Notes under the pieces: generated by a model | What the model was told of the DNA's origin: nothing | Database searches by the model: none | The model's input: only the letters and a program-made list of their open reading frames with translations | Shown here: one piece after another, positions 50,701-64,000 of the stretch | How positions within the stretch are numbered: position 1 is the first letter of the stretch | Layout of the letters: every line of letters starts with the position of its first letter | Program-made: the position numbers and the translations under genes | Assembly (NCBI GenBank): GCA_023231475.1 | Contig: JALJEE010000713.1 | Location: 1 to 64,000, forward strand | Direction: 5' to 3' | From: Seison nebaliae | Taxonomy: Eukaryota | Length of the DNA stretch: 64,000 bases

Positions 50701-53700
50701 ATCGTTTGGAAATGTTTACGGTGATATTATTTACGATGAGAGGATGGGAGATTGAGATGAATCTCCGTATCAGACAATTGATTGAATCGATTTGTATACG
50801 AACAACTCTCCAAATTGTCTGCATTTGTGTGGTGAATGAATTGACGAAGAGTGGTTCACATGAATAGTGAATGATAATGTTGAATGATGAGGGGGTTGAG
50901 AATGATATAATATTTTCGGACGTAATATGAAATTTATCCATATGAATTATCTTATTATTCTCTTCTAAATAATTATAATGATCATTTAATTTATTGATGT
51001 CCAATTGGGTGAATTAGAAGTCGATGAATGTTGGGAGATCAAATAGAAGATATTCAGAATTTTATTTTTTAGAAACTAATTATAACGAAAACGGACGATA
51101 GAAGACTTCCTTCGGTACTTCTATGACAATGCAAAGGTCAATCCATAACACTATTACTTACTATTGAATTATTATTGAATATTATTATCTATTGAATTAT
51201 TATAAAAAATTATAAAATAATAAATTCCAAATTTCTATGGAACATTTTAATTCAACTTTTTCTTTCTACAAACTTTCTAGTGAGGTCAGTCTGGTCCAAA
51301 CAAATGCGGCGGTCGTCGTTTATGATGATCAGAATAAAAAATGGATTCCAAGTTCTCCACTTACGTCGTTCAATGGCCATCACTATTCCTTACAACAACA
51401 ACAACAACAACATCATCATATGAATGGAAATGAAAGTGCAACATTGTCTTCTGTTCAGATACTGAAATTGATCAATATGTCGATGTATAGGATATTGGCA
51501 CATCGATTGGATGATCATGAGGTTATTATCATTTTTGATTTAATGAGAATAAATGATGGAAGACATCGAATGAATTAGTTAGTCAAGAAAAGATTAAATA
51601 AGGAAGTTCCAAAGTGTTATGAGATAGTTAGAAGAATATAAATATTTAAGTTACTTTCCACGCCAAAGTAATCCAGTTGTCAATATTGAGTAAAATATTT
51701 GATCGTTTTAATTGTCTAATAGAAAACTTTAATTATCATCTAATTCCTTTGCAAACGTTTTTTTATTAATTAACGTGAAATGGTAGATCGTGTTGAATTG
51801 TGTTGTTCAACGAAGTATGAAATATCATCAGGCCACTCCAACATTTCACCAATGGAGATCAGATAATTCTCGTCATGTTTTCGGACTGAATTTTGAGAAT
51901 CCCGACGATGCCACTCGATTCGCTTGCTCACTCAATTTAGCTTTGAAGGACATGAATTCGAATAGAAACATCGATAATACTTCATCGATCGACATGACAA
52001 CTTATGATTTTCAAAGACAACAACTTCAAGTGAAACAGCAACAGCAACAAATTAATAATAACAACAATAACAGTAGTAGCAAAAGGAATAATTCGAATAA
52101 TATTAATTGTAATACAAATAATAATAATAATAATAATAACGTTACTTCCACCACCACTAATAATAATACAAAGAATTTTGGAAATTTATCTCCCGGTTCT
52201 AACTCGACCTTAACTAATGGGGTTGCAGGTAGTTCAACTTACTTCCCTAATTCTCATGGTAATAACAATAATAGTAATATCATGAAGAATAATGGAGGTG
52301 AACGTTATGATTTGATGATGAATGAAATTCAATATTTCAACGAGACAAATAACGGTTGTGTAAGAGATACGATGGATGTTCAATCGATTCAATCTGGTAT
52401 CAATCCCGTTTATGAAGATAGTGCATATAATGCTGCTGATGCCATTTATGAAGCAATGAGATCACGTGATATTACTGATCCACAATTTGTCAATGAAATG
52501 ACAATGAGAGATATGGCATTACAACAACGACAACAATACCATTTACAACAGCAACAACAACAACAACAATTGAAACATAATGTTTCTGCTCCAGAAATTC
52601 CTCAAAGAATCTTGAACAATGATCCGAATCGTCATTTATTGAAGCAACAACAACAACAACAACATCAGCAACAGCAACAAGAACAGCAACAGCAGCAGCA
52701 GCAACAACAGCAGCAACAACAACAATATCAGCAACAACAATATCAGCAAATGCAAAAATTGACACAATCGAAGCAATCTCAAGAACAGGCGCATCCTAAA
52801 CAAATGTTCCGAAATGATTTAGATATGAAGTCGAATGTGATGATGGATGTAAGACAAGTTAAGCAACAGCAAATTCAACAGAACTTACAGCAACCATCCA
52901 TTCCACAACGACGACAAGTGGATGTGGCAGATGCCTCATATTTCGATGAGGAAGTAATTTACACAGATTGTAATGGGAGTGGCGGTGGTGGAAGTAGTAG
53001 TAGTGGTACAATAAATGATGCAGAACCACAACAACAACAGCTGCAACCACAACAAATAAATAATTCGAATAATCGTTCAGTGAAAATTAATGGTGGAAAT
53101 GTTCAGTCGTCCCAATATGCCATGTATAATTCCAATACGAATATTAATACATTACAAGTCAATGACAAATCGAATATACCTATCCCATCCATATCTAATA
53201 ATAATATTCCAAACAATCAATCGTTGCCACAACAACCACACAATACGGTGTCATCAATTCCATCATCCTCCCAACAACAATCACATCAATCAAATCAGCA
53301 ACAACAGAATCATATTGCCAGTAACAGCAGTAATAGTAGTAGTAGTGGTGGGAGTAATGGACAATCAGCTCATTCATTCTCATCAGGTGTCAGTGTCTTC
53401 AGTTATTCCTCGTCCAATTCATCAGGTAACATGAGTCGTTTCTCGAATAATTCGGGAAATTCTGGAAATTCATCAAATCCTCAAATGAGAACATATCAAT
53501 TAAAGAATTTACCAGAACATACATCATCTGCTGTTTCATTTAATGAACATGAAGTTATTTCATCATCTAACGAACAAACTATTAAACGTCCTACACCTCA
53601 ACCACAAATTACAACAATAAACGAGACATCTCAGGGTGCTAATCCGCCACCTCCTCCTCCACCGCCTCCTCCACCTTTGCCTAATAATTTGACAGCTGCC

Positions 53701-54671
53701 ATTTCTGAATTGTCTTCTAATTCGACTGGATCAGTAGTTGGAGGAGGACCTCCACCACCTCCACCACCTGGTCCACCACCAATCGACATATTTAACGACT
53801 CTCCGATAGTGTCGATCGAGAAGACGATAATGTCAAACAAATCGACAACTCCACAACAACTTCCGCCTCAACAATCCTTTCAATCAGAATTGGCTGACGC
53901 GTTGAAACACAGAAAACTGAAGAAAACTCCTGGAAGTTCCTCACCCTCATCAAATGTTACATTTAATTTTATAATTCTTTTATATATCTCTCCTCTCTAC
54001 TTCTTCTTTAGAATACGACAACAACTAACGGGAAAATAGGTAAGTCCAAAGATCTTTTCACGGAGATGCAACAACGTTTCCAAATTATGAGATTGAAGAA
54101 ACCAGAAGATGATAAACCAGAAGAGAAAATTGATACTCCGAAATCTATACAAACATCCAAAACTAATTCATCCTCCCCAACAACTACTCCCTCACAACAA
54201 CAACAACATCAACAACATCAAAGGAAGTCTTCTAATACTCTACTCCTTCACAAACAAATAACAGCGAGTAATTCTAATGTTCCATTAATGGAATCGGATT
54301 CTCCGAAGTTTTTTTAATTTTTTTAAAAATATTTTTTCTATTTTTTTTTCTTTACAATCAGACCGAACGGTTCTTTACGTTCTCTAACGAGCGAGTCGTC
54401 GGGTTGTTCTAGTTTATCGAATCACATTCCCTCAACGAACAAATGTAACAGTAGTAAATCAGATACGATATCTGATCAGACGAATGACAACGATATAGTT
54501 ACAATGAAAGATTTACAAAAATTCGAACAGAATATGATCCAACAATTTCGAGATGAGATCAAGAAATTAAAAGAAGAATTGTTCCAACGTTCAATTTCTT
54601 TTTAAAATGAAAATTTGATTTGATTCTTATAAAAATTATTCTATTATATAGTAAAATCGGGAGACAATTAA
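44717..54671 (+). CDS. ena: Ena/VASP family actin regulator (EVH1, Q/N-rich, poly-Pro, EVH2) with a probable long first exon 44717-45801
   Basis: EVH1: AAVVVYDDQNKKWIP, YHQATPTFHQWR, VFGLNF. GPPPPP motifs. GAB-like LADALKHRKLKK, FAB-like DLFTEMQQRF and a C-terminal tetramerisation coil. The core 51281-54671 is secure; the first-exon link is inferred from a phase-2 match. Confidence 0.88.
52640..52750 (+). repeat. (CAA/CAG)n poly-Gln tract within Ena
   Basis: Directly visible triplet repeats. Confidence 0.9.
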
Positions 54672-55585
54672 ATTTCAAGATTCGTTGAAAAGAAATTGAC
54701 AGTATTACAAGTTCCAAAGTTCACTTCCTCCTCACTCAACATCGACAAGCAAGGGAAGATATATGAGAATTCTTTGAGTCATGTATATAAATCTCTAATT
54801 ATGTGCATCTAAACCAATCATTATATATGAAAACAAAAATCAGTTGAATCATTCAAAATGATGAATGTTTAAAAGAGATTTCTTATCATTTTCATCAGGA
54901 GACATAAGAGTTCTTTGAATTCTTCTTCCACAAATTCCGTTTTCTTTTGTTTATTCAACTTTCTTCCTCTTTTCCTTCCTCCTTCTCCTCATTGTTTCTT
55001 TTTTAAGAAAATTTCCTTCAAACAACACAACACAACTCTCTCTTTCTCTCGTCTCTAATTTCAATGGAGATTTCTTAATTTATTTTTCTTATAATATAAA
55101 AAAATTCTAATCATTTTAATAAAAGAAAGACTTTGAGAAAAGTTAAGAGTTTTATCCAAAAAGTAAAAGGAGAAATAAATTTGAAGGAGAAAAACGAAGA
55201 GGAAAGTGGAAGATTGATTCGGATATGTTTAATCCATTAAACTTTTCTAATGAAAGGAAAATATTCAAAAAAGAAAAGAAAAAGGAAGAATTGACTTGGA
55301 AAAAAAGAAGATTTTATAATATATTTTTCAAATTAGATAATTTGTTTACATTTCATGTTAATCGATAAATCCATCGTAGTCTATCATTGACATTGATGAT
55401 GTTTCAATCCGTCGTTAATCATGTCATCGATGGTGAATTATGAAAATGAAATTTGTTAAATTAATCATTTTTTCTTTCCATACAACAAGATAGAAAGATG
55501 AAAAAATGGATAGATGGGTCGATGGATTGATTGATTACTTTACACTCGATTAGTTATATCAGATAAATCATTCGAATTATAATGA

Positions 55586-57184
<1,599 letters not shown>

Positions 57185-58861
57185 TTAACGATTAATAGTT
57201 GAAAGGGGGAACTATGTAAATTAATATCTTCTCCGATATTTCCTTATTAACTTCATCTCATAACATCGTCAAAATATGGAAAGAAAAGAAGAAGAATAAT
57301 GATAAAGATTTACACTATTGAAAGATAACTAAACAAACGATAAGAGAAAGATAAGAAGAGAGGAGAGATGGTAATGATCGCCATCACTCACCATCACACT
57401 AAAATATCACACGAATTGACTAACAATTCCTCCCCGAAAATATATTATTATAACAATCTTCTTAGATATTTCTTTTCGTATTTATTTCATTTCTCACAGT
57501 CAAAACGACTAGCTGACGAGAATTAGAAAGGACGAGATCTCCTAACGAAAAGATCAACAAAACTAGTTTGTTGAGATCCACATGTCAATCAGTTTGACTA
57601 AATGATCATTAATCAGTTGAACCAATCATTCGAAAACAAGCCCCCCAGCACTCATGATGATTATGATGATGATGTACTTCTCCCAGTTGTATTACCTTTA
57701 ACTTCGCCAATCTACAAACCTGTTCTGATGTACATCGGCAGTTTCTATCGAGATAATCAAATAAAAATATCTGTAGATAGTGTGGGGATTGTTGTATGCG
57801 TTTAATTAAAAGGAAATTAATAACAAAAATTCTCTCCTCGTCTCTTTGTGGGCGATTGTAAAATTTCGGAGTTCTCTCACAAGCTCAGTTCCCTTTCTAA
57901 TATCAATTATCATCTCAATATACGCAGATTTCTCACCATCTCCCATTGATACACACGCACTGTATCAGCATGTACATCTCCCTCCCGATACACAAGTACA
58001 GATGTCTATTCATTATAGAGGACTGTCGATAATCATTCAGTTCATATATACTAACATCCATACATTGAATTTGAAATTATTTTCTCCAATTGACTTCAAC
58101 TAATAACAGTAAATGAAAAATGCTTTCACATTCTCAAATTCAGAAACAATTCCTTTCCGTTCTATTTGATAGTGATATTCCGATAAGTATTCAATGGATT
58201 TTTATGTTCAACATAATTCTCTTCTTCATCTGTCCTTGTTACTCGTTCGATTGTTGATGGAAAACTTTGGGAAATTACGAATTTCATTCATCAGACTCGG
58301 ATCTCTTGTGAAGGAAATGATGAATTGACGTCTAGAGAGATAATGAGGATGATGTTCAGAGAAATGATTATTTGTGGAAGAAGATAAAGGAGTGCCAGAG
58401 AAATAATATGTTTTTTCTTAGTTCAATGGAATAATTGCTGGAGAAAATTGTTCTCCCTTATCTTCACCATTTCTCTCACACATTTCTAATGATCTAACAA
58501 TTATTTTAAGTTCATCTAATTAACAGTCAGTCAAACGGAAAACAATCTACCATCGGTTCTCAAAGTTCGACATTAATATCGCTCAACAATTCCTCAACTC
58601 ATTTCTCCAATATTTAGATGCTTAGACTCTAAGGGAAAAACATCAAAGAAATTTTATAACAAAATTTAAAAGAAACATCAATCCAATTATCAGAAACATT
58701 TTCTGTTTAATGACTATTTATTTAACGTCTAATGGAATGCAAAAGAATGTTTATGGAAAGTGTGAACGTCAAACAATTCTTCAACAATTAATTCTCACTC
58801 AATTCTAAGATAAGTTTCTTTTACTTCGAATGCAAATGACGAATTTTATCGATACCACCAA

Positions 58862-61147
58862 TCAATCTAATCGGAATAATTGAAATTGCTTATTCATTTC
58901 TGATATGGAAGTTTGACTTGCTACGCAAATTATTTCCTTCCTCTTTCCCGATTTTGGCCTAGTAATAGGATAAATCCTCCTTGTTGTAGCTGTAGGTAAC
59001 ATGGGAACATCATCAGACTCGATAATGACGAGACGATCCGATTCATCTGAATTTGACTTAACTTTCTCTTTATTTAACGTTTTTTTGTCCTCAACATTAC
59101 TGCTAGATTTGTACACCTTATTACGATTTGTAAGAGGTTTATGTACATTCGATGGAATGTTCGTTTTCTCTTTTTGACTCTTAGAATTCTTTATACTTTG
59201 TAATTTCATCGATAATTTCGACGGTTGGACTGGAGAGATATCGAATGCGTTATCATAAGACAAGAAACAGTTGTCAAAATCATTTTGCTTCTCCTCAATT
59301 ACAATTTTACTTCTTTGAAATAAGATATCATTATAGTTATTGTTGTTGTTGTTGTCATCATAATCAATCTGATCATTAAGATTTTTGAGATCATTCAAGT
59401 CGTATGACAATTGAGATGAGAGATTGTTATTGTTACAAATTATTATTTCGTTATCCATCTTATTGGCTTTCATTAGTTTATCTTTCATAGAATTATTATT
59501 GTCGTCATTCTCTTCGACATCAACACCATCATCGATAATTGACGACGGTTTCTTAATTGGTTGTATTCCTTTTTTTATTACTTTAGTCGATGAAGACAAT
59601 GGAGTCATTGTCATTGATGATGTAGTGGAGAAGTAATTTGATTTGATTTGTTGATGATGATGTAATGATTCGAATGGTTCTTCAAACAGATTAAATGATG
59701 ATGAACTGACGTCATTCTTTTCCTGAAATGAATGATGACAAATTGTCGTTTGATATGAGAGAAACAAAGGAATCTTATATAATAAATACTCATCGATATT
59801 GTTAAGATGGAAGAGATTCTTCAAAAAATATGATCTCATTAAATGAAGTTTCAATCGAAATCTTTGTCGAAGACTTTCGATTAATGGCAGATCCTTAAGA
59901 TTATTTTCCATCAATCTTGAAATTAATCGTTGCACAAGTTTCTTCACTTGCATCTGCTTATATCTCTTTAATGGTCGAATGGAAGTATGATGGTTAGTAA
60001 TCGATTTAATCAGGTTCAAATAAATCGTTATCGTAAATAAGAGATCAGATCGATCGATTTCTAAAACGTTGTAAATGATAGAGAGACAATTTAACACATT
60101 TGAATTCATCATATCTTCCGTCCAAGTCCGTTCGATATTTTTATGTGGATTTCTAGTAGAAATCGATTCCAGTAAAGTGTTATGACTTTTATAAAATTGG
60201 AGATGCATCTTAAATAATTCATTCAATTGACATTCTAATTGATTGACATATTCTTGTTGTTTAATACTCGTCAATGAATTGTTCCGACGACTATTCCCAA
60301 AAGTGTTCATGTTCCCATTCAAATCGACAGTAGGTGAAGATAAAGAAAAACTTTTGAAAAATAATTTCATTTCATTCACCACTGACAACATTAAACGGAA
60401 ATTACCAGCCACTTTTTGCATAATCGTCAAATAATTTGACGAATAATAATGAAAGAAGATGAGAATATGATAATTCATCGTCTTCTTCATAAATCTTCCT
60501 CTCTTACTCAGAATGGAGACATTGTCATAAAAACGTTTTAAAAGATTCGAATGATATGTATCTATCGAGTTCCTCAAATTAACTGATGATTCTCCAAACA
60601 CTTTCACGTCCATTTCAATTCTACCAATACAATTCTTATAAATATTTTCGATGTTTGTCGAAGTTCTTCGAACTTCATTTTCATGACCCTTCTCAAATTG
60701 GAGGAGACATGATGAATGAAGAATCTTTACTATGAATTGTAAACGATCGTTTAATGCTTGAATCAGAATTAGATAAGATTTTAAGAATTTCATCCAATCT
60801 TCATACATCGGAATGATCACTTCGCCATTCGACCAATGGACATTAATAGACAGCGAATTCGAAAATCTCATTGTTACAAAGTCACTACAATAAGCGACGA
60901 ACCGATCCCACTCATTCGAACTAACTGTAGCAACTTTTAATTCATTCTTCTTCTTTTCCTCATGTTCAGTTTTCCGACTTTTATGCGTTCCTCGCAGAAT
61001 TCTACTGTTGTTATTGTACGAGATGCCAAATGTGAATTTTTTAGATTTTTTCTTTTGTGTTTTCCCTTCTAAATCGCGTGGTGGTGATGGAGCATTATAT
61101 GATTTATTCCTTAATTGTTTCTTAGATTTCCGATTTAATCGTTTCAT
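58862..61147 (-). CDS. Large intronless hypothetical protein (basic N-terminus, helical core, low-complexity tail)
   Basis: An uninterrupted ORF of about 760 codons in AT-rich DNA; first ATG at 61147. No family was securely recognised. Confidence 0.75.
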   Translation of the reverse strand: MKRLNRKSKKQLRNKSYNAPSPPRDLEGKTQKKKSKKFTFGISYNNNSRILRGTHKSRKTEHEEKKKNELKVATVSSNEWDRFVAYCSDFVTMRFSNSLSINVHWSNGEVIIPMYEDWMKFLKSYLILIQALNDRLQFIVKILHSSCLLQFEKGHENEVRRTSTNIENIYKNCIGRIEMDVKVFGESSVNLRNSIDTYHSNLLKRFYDNVSILSKRGRFMKKTMNYHILIFFHYYSSNYLTIMQKVAGNFRLMLSVVNEMKLFFKSFSLSSPTVDLNGNMNTFGNSRRNNSLTSIKQQEYVNQLECQLNELFKMHLQFYKSHNTLLESISTRNPHKNIERTWTEDMMNSNVLNCLSIIYNVLEIDRSDLLFTITIYLNLIKSITNHHTSIRPLKRYKQMQVKKLVQRLISRLMENNLKDLPLIESLRQRFRLKLHLMRSYFLKNLFHLNNIDEYLLYKIPLFLSYQTTICHHSFQEKNDVSSSSFNLFEEPFESLHHHQQIKSNYFSTTSSMTMTPLSSSTKVIKKGIQPIKKPSSIIDDGVDVEENDDNNNSMKDKLMKANKMDNEIIICNNNNLSSQLSYDLNDLKNLNDQIDYDDNNNNNNYNDILFQRSKIVIEEKQNDFDNCFLSYDNAFDISPVQPSKLSMKLQSIKNSKSQKEKTNIPSNVHKPLTNRNKVYKSSSNVEDKKTLNKEKVKSNSDESDRLVIIESDDVPMLPTATTRRIYPITRPKSGKRKEIICVASQTSISEMNKQFQLFRLD

Positions 61148-62321
61148 TTTATCCTTCACTTTCCCCTTTTAATGTTCCTCAGTTTTAGGATGTCGATAGT
61201 TAGATAACGATTTCTTCTAATTAATGATCGATCGTCCTTTTAGTCGAATATCGAACGTGTCTCGTGTTTCTTCGTTACTCAATGTTTGTTGGGATGAGAA
61301 GTGTGTCGGTAAGAAAATGATAAATTGAATTAAAATAGAATTTTTCCAATATTTGTCAATTTAATTGAATGAGAGTATGATTTTCAAATCGAAATCGATT
61401 GTAATGTGAAAAAAACGAATAAGTTGCTATGAATTCTGAATAAATTATTCTCGACTCTTATTAAGAATGAAATGAAGAAATGTGGAATATAATAAGGAAT
61501 AATAAGAAGATAAAATATGATTGACGAGCGCACAAATCCATTGAACAAACGAAGGAACAATACAGTGTTAGACAGTAAAATAGACAGAAATGTAAATGTT
61601 TTCTAAAACATTAGAAATCAGCATGAACTTATTGATTGTGAATGAAGAAAAACCATCTTTCATTAACACACACAATAGTGTCAACGAGTGAAAGATGTAC
61701 ATTTGAGAAAATGCAGCATGCTGCCACTCGAGAGAGACAGTCACATCTATCAATTATTTACATCTGTCTATCATTAATCTATGATGCACTTGCTCACATC
61801 AAATTTTGAATATTTATAAAATGCAAATTTTTTCCCATTAATCAGAACGCGAACCCACCATTCAGACGAAAAGACACCAACCACATTAAATCTTTAGAGC
61901 TTTGAATTTAAGTAGAAATGTTGATACAAAATTCTAAACATCCGATTGACTTTTAAGGGAAAAAACTTTGATTTCGGGAAAATAATTTTAAGGAATTCAC
62001 CTAATTCGATGATTGGATATGTGAACCATAAGAAATTAAATGAAATGAATTGTTCGAGAAGAAATGGATGAAAATTGTCCTATGTACTCTCATGGGAAGT
62101 TGGAATGTTTTGCTGATGGGATTATGGATACAATATGTATACTGGTAACACATTACCACTCGCCTATAACATTATGTATGAGGAAGATGTATTTGGACAT
62201 TTACAAATACACATATATACACTTATGTTTATATATCTAATGGGACATAATGTAATATTAAATAAATAAAACTTTTTTGCAAAAAGCTTTCACGTTCTTC
62301 TTTCAGTCCTCATCTTATAAC

Positions 62322-62344
62322 TCACACACACACACACACACACA
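62322..62344 (+). repeat. (CA)n microsatellite
   Basis: Directly visible. Confidence 0.9.
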
Positions 62345-62882
62345 AATACACATATAGGCCCATGGATATTTGGGTAGAGAGGAATGGCATAAGATGACTT
62401 GATGTGACCGTATTAACAGTGGCAAACAATTATTATTTCTCATCTTCCATCTCTTTATAAATTGGCTCAATAATGAAAGATAATAGAATGGCGGAATATA
62501 TCTCCTGTTTTCTTCGGAACGATGTTGAATGAATGACTCTTCACGTATATCTTTTCGGGTGTACAAAGATATGTGCGTACGAATTGTGGAATAGAGTGTA
62601 TAAATCGGTGTCGAACTTTTATTTCCATGCTTTTCGTTAGAAATAATGTCAGAAAGTAAAAAGTACAAGATGTTAATGACGATAATGATTTCTCTTGTCT
62701 TTTTTATCATTATCGCTTCCATCATCTCCTATTTTTCCAATAATATCAATTGATGATTTGCTGACTAGTCAGACTCTGGAAGAATAACACCATTTATCTT
62801 CTGTAAATAATATTTTTCTTTCAATATCTCCCCTCTCATTTTTACTACACATATACATGTACATATATACGTATATACACAG

Positions 62883-62905
62883 ATATATATATATATATAT
62901 ATATA
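62883..62905 (+). repeat. (AT)n microsatellite
   Basis: Directly visible. Confidence 0.9.
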
Positions 62906-64000
62906 GGACCATGGATATTAGTAAGTAAGAATAAGTAAATTTAAATAAGTGATGTGAAATGGTATCGTCCTCATCAACAGCAAAGCAGTTCAACTCATTA
63001 TTTATTATTACGTAAAATAGAAAGAAAAAGAATCATTTTCTTCCACAAAGAACTTTTATTTCAACAACAATACACAACGTTTCGTATATGTTTTCGATGT
63101 GTATTCAATTAATAATTATGCGCCTATATGTACGTACATATCGACACATGCGTATTATGTGTTACGTCCAGATGCAATAAAAGATAAATTGTAACTCCAT
63201 CTACAAGTGATACACATCAATGCATTAACATCAATTCAATATTCCATAGAAGTAATGAGAAGAAATCCACAATAAATTATTGGTAGACACACATCTCTTA
63301 CATCATAACTCCGTCTATTACGTACTCCACATCTTGGAATTGACTCTTGCGTGTATTCATCATTCATGTCTATGCTTCTCTCATTCACACCAATATTTCA
63401 CATGTAATATTAAATTTGAGTGTATGTCCGTGTACTTGTGCAAGTGTACGTATGTCCAACATAATATTTATTCATCATTCTATGAAATATGTTTGATTAT
63501 ACAAGAATTCCATAATGGATCGAATATGAGTTAGAAAGAAGGAATGAATTAGTTAGTTTCTTTCTTAAAATATGTTCGCTATCAAATTTTCAAAATAAAC
63601 ATTATATTTAATCGTTTTAAATTCATCTTATCATCTTGCTGTATATGTGATTATGTGTAAATGTGTATGAATGTGTTTATGTGTGCGTGTGTGTGTATAA
63701 GTGTAATTACAATATGAATCCAGAGTGATGAAAGTAGAAGAAATAAAGAATAAGAGTTCTTTTTCAAGAGTGGCAAATAATTAAAATTGAAAACAATAGT
63801 ATAACGTTACTGACGATTCCTTCGCCGTTCCGAATTTAGGTACGTCCCATCCGAATTCTTATCGATCTCTCCATGTTCTCTCTAGTGTCCGCATACACGA
63901 TTTGAGGGGAGATCGTTCTCCCTTTATCGCCAATAATCATTTTCTCTTTACTTATCAGCGTCTCTTGAGGGAAAATGCTTCTTCCCATTCTCATTTTACT

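Noticed and set aside
52490..53840. Antisense Val/Ala- and Gly-rich ORFs
   Set aside because: They are reverse-strand shadows of Ena poly-Q and poly-P tracts.

Overview
This is an AT-rich, gene-dense animal (invertebrate-like) nuclear window with many short spliceosomal introns of about 35-100 nt, so the ORF track fragments most genes; gene models below were spliced by hand. Bases 1-6 kb are a DNA-transposon nest holding a pogo-like relic, a fold-back element, hAT and piggyBac relics, and an intact 6-exon Merlin/IS1595 (ISXO2-like) DDE transposase. Bases 7-14 kb carry a hypothetical gene, an APC-like permease and an M17 aminopeptidase. Bases 15-27 kb carry two tandem secreted Kazal + ~23x VWC genes. 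Bases 28-40 kb carry a GRAM/VASt-like gene, a Reeler-domain gene, ADSS, MRPL22, RACK1 and an LRR gene. Bases 44-61 kb carry Ena/VASP with a probable long first exon, a one-WW YAP/Yorkie and a large unknown ORF. The most striking signals are a derived splice-site dialect (about 90% of donors are GTT rather than GTR, with frequent AAG acceptors) and the intact, intron-rich, apparently TIR-less Merlin transposase that follows the same dialect.
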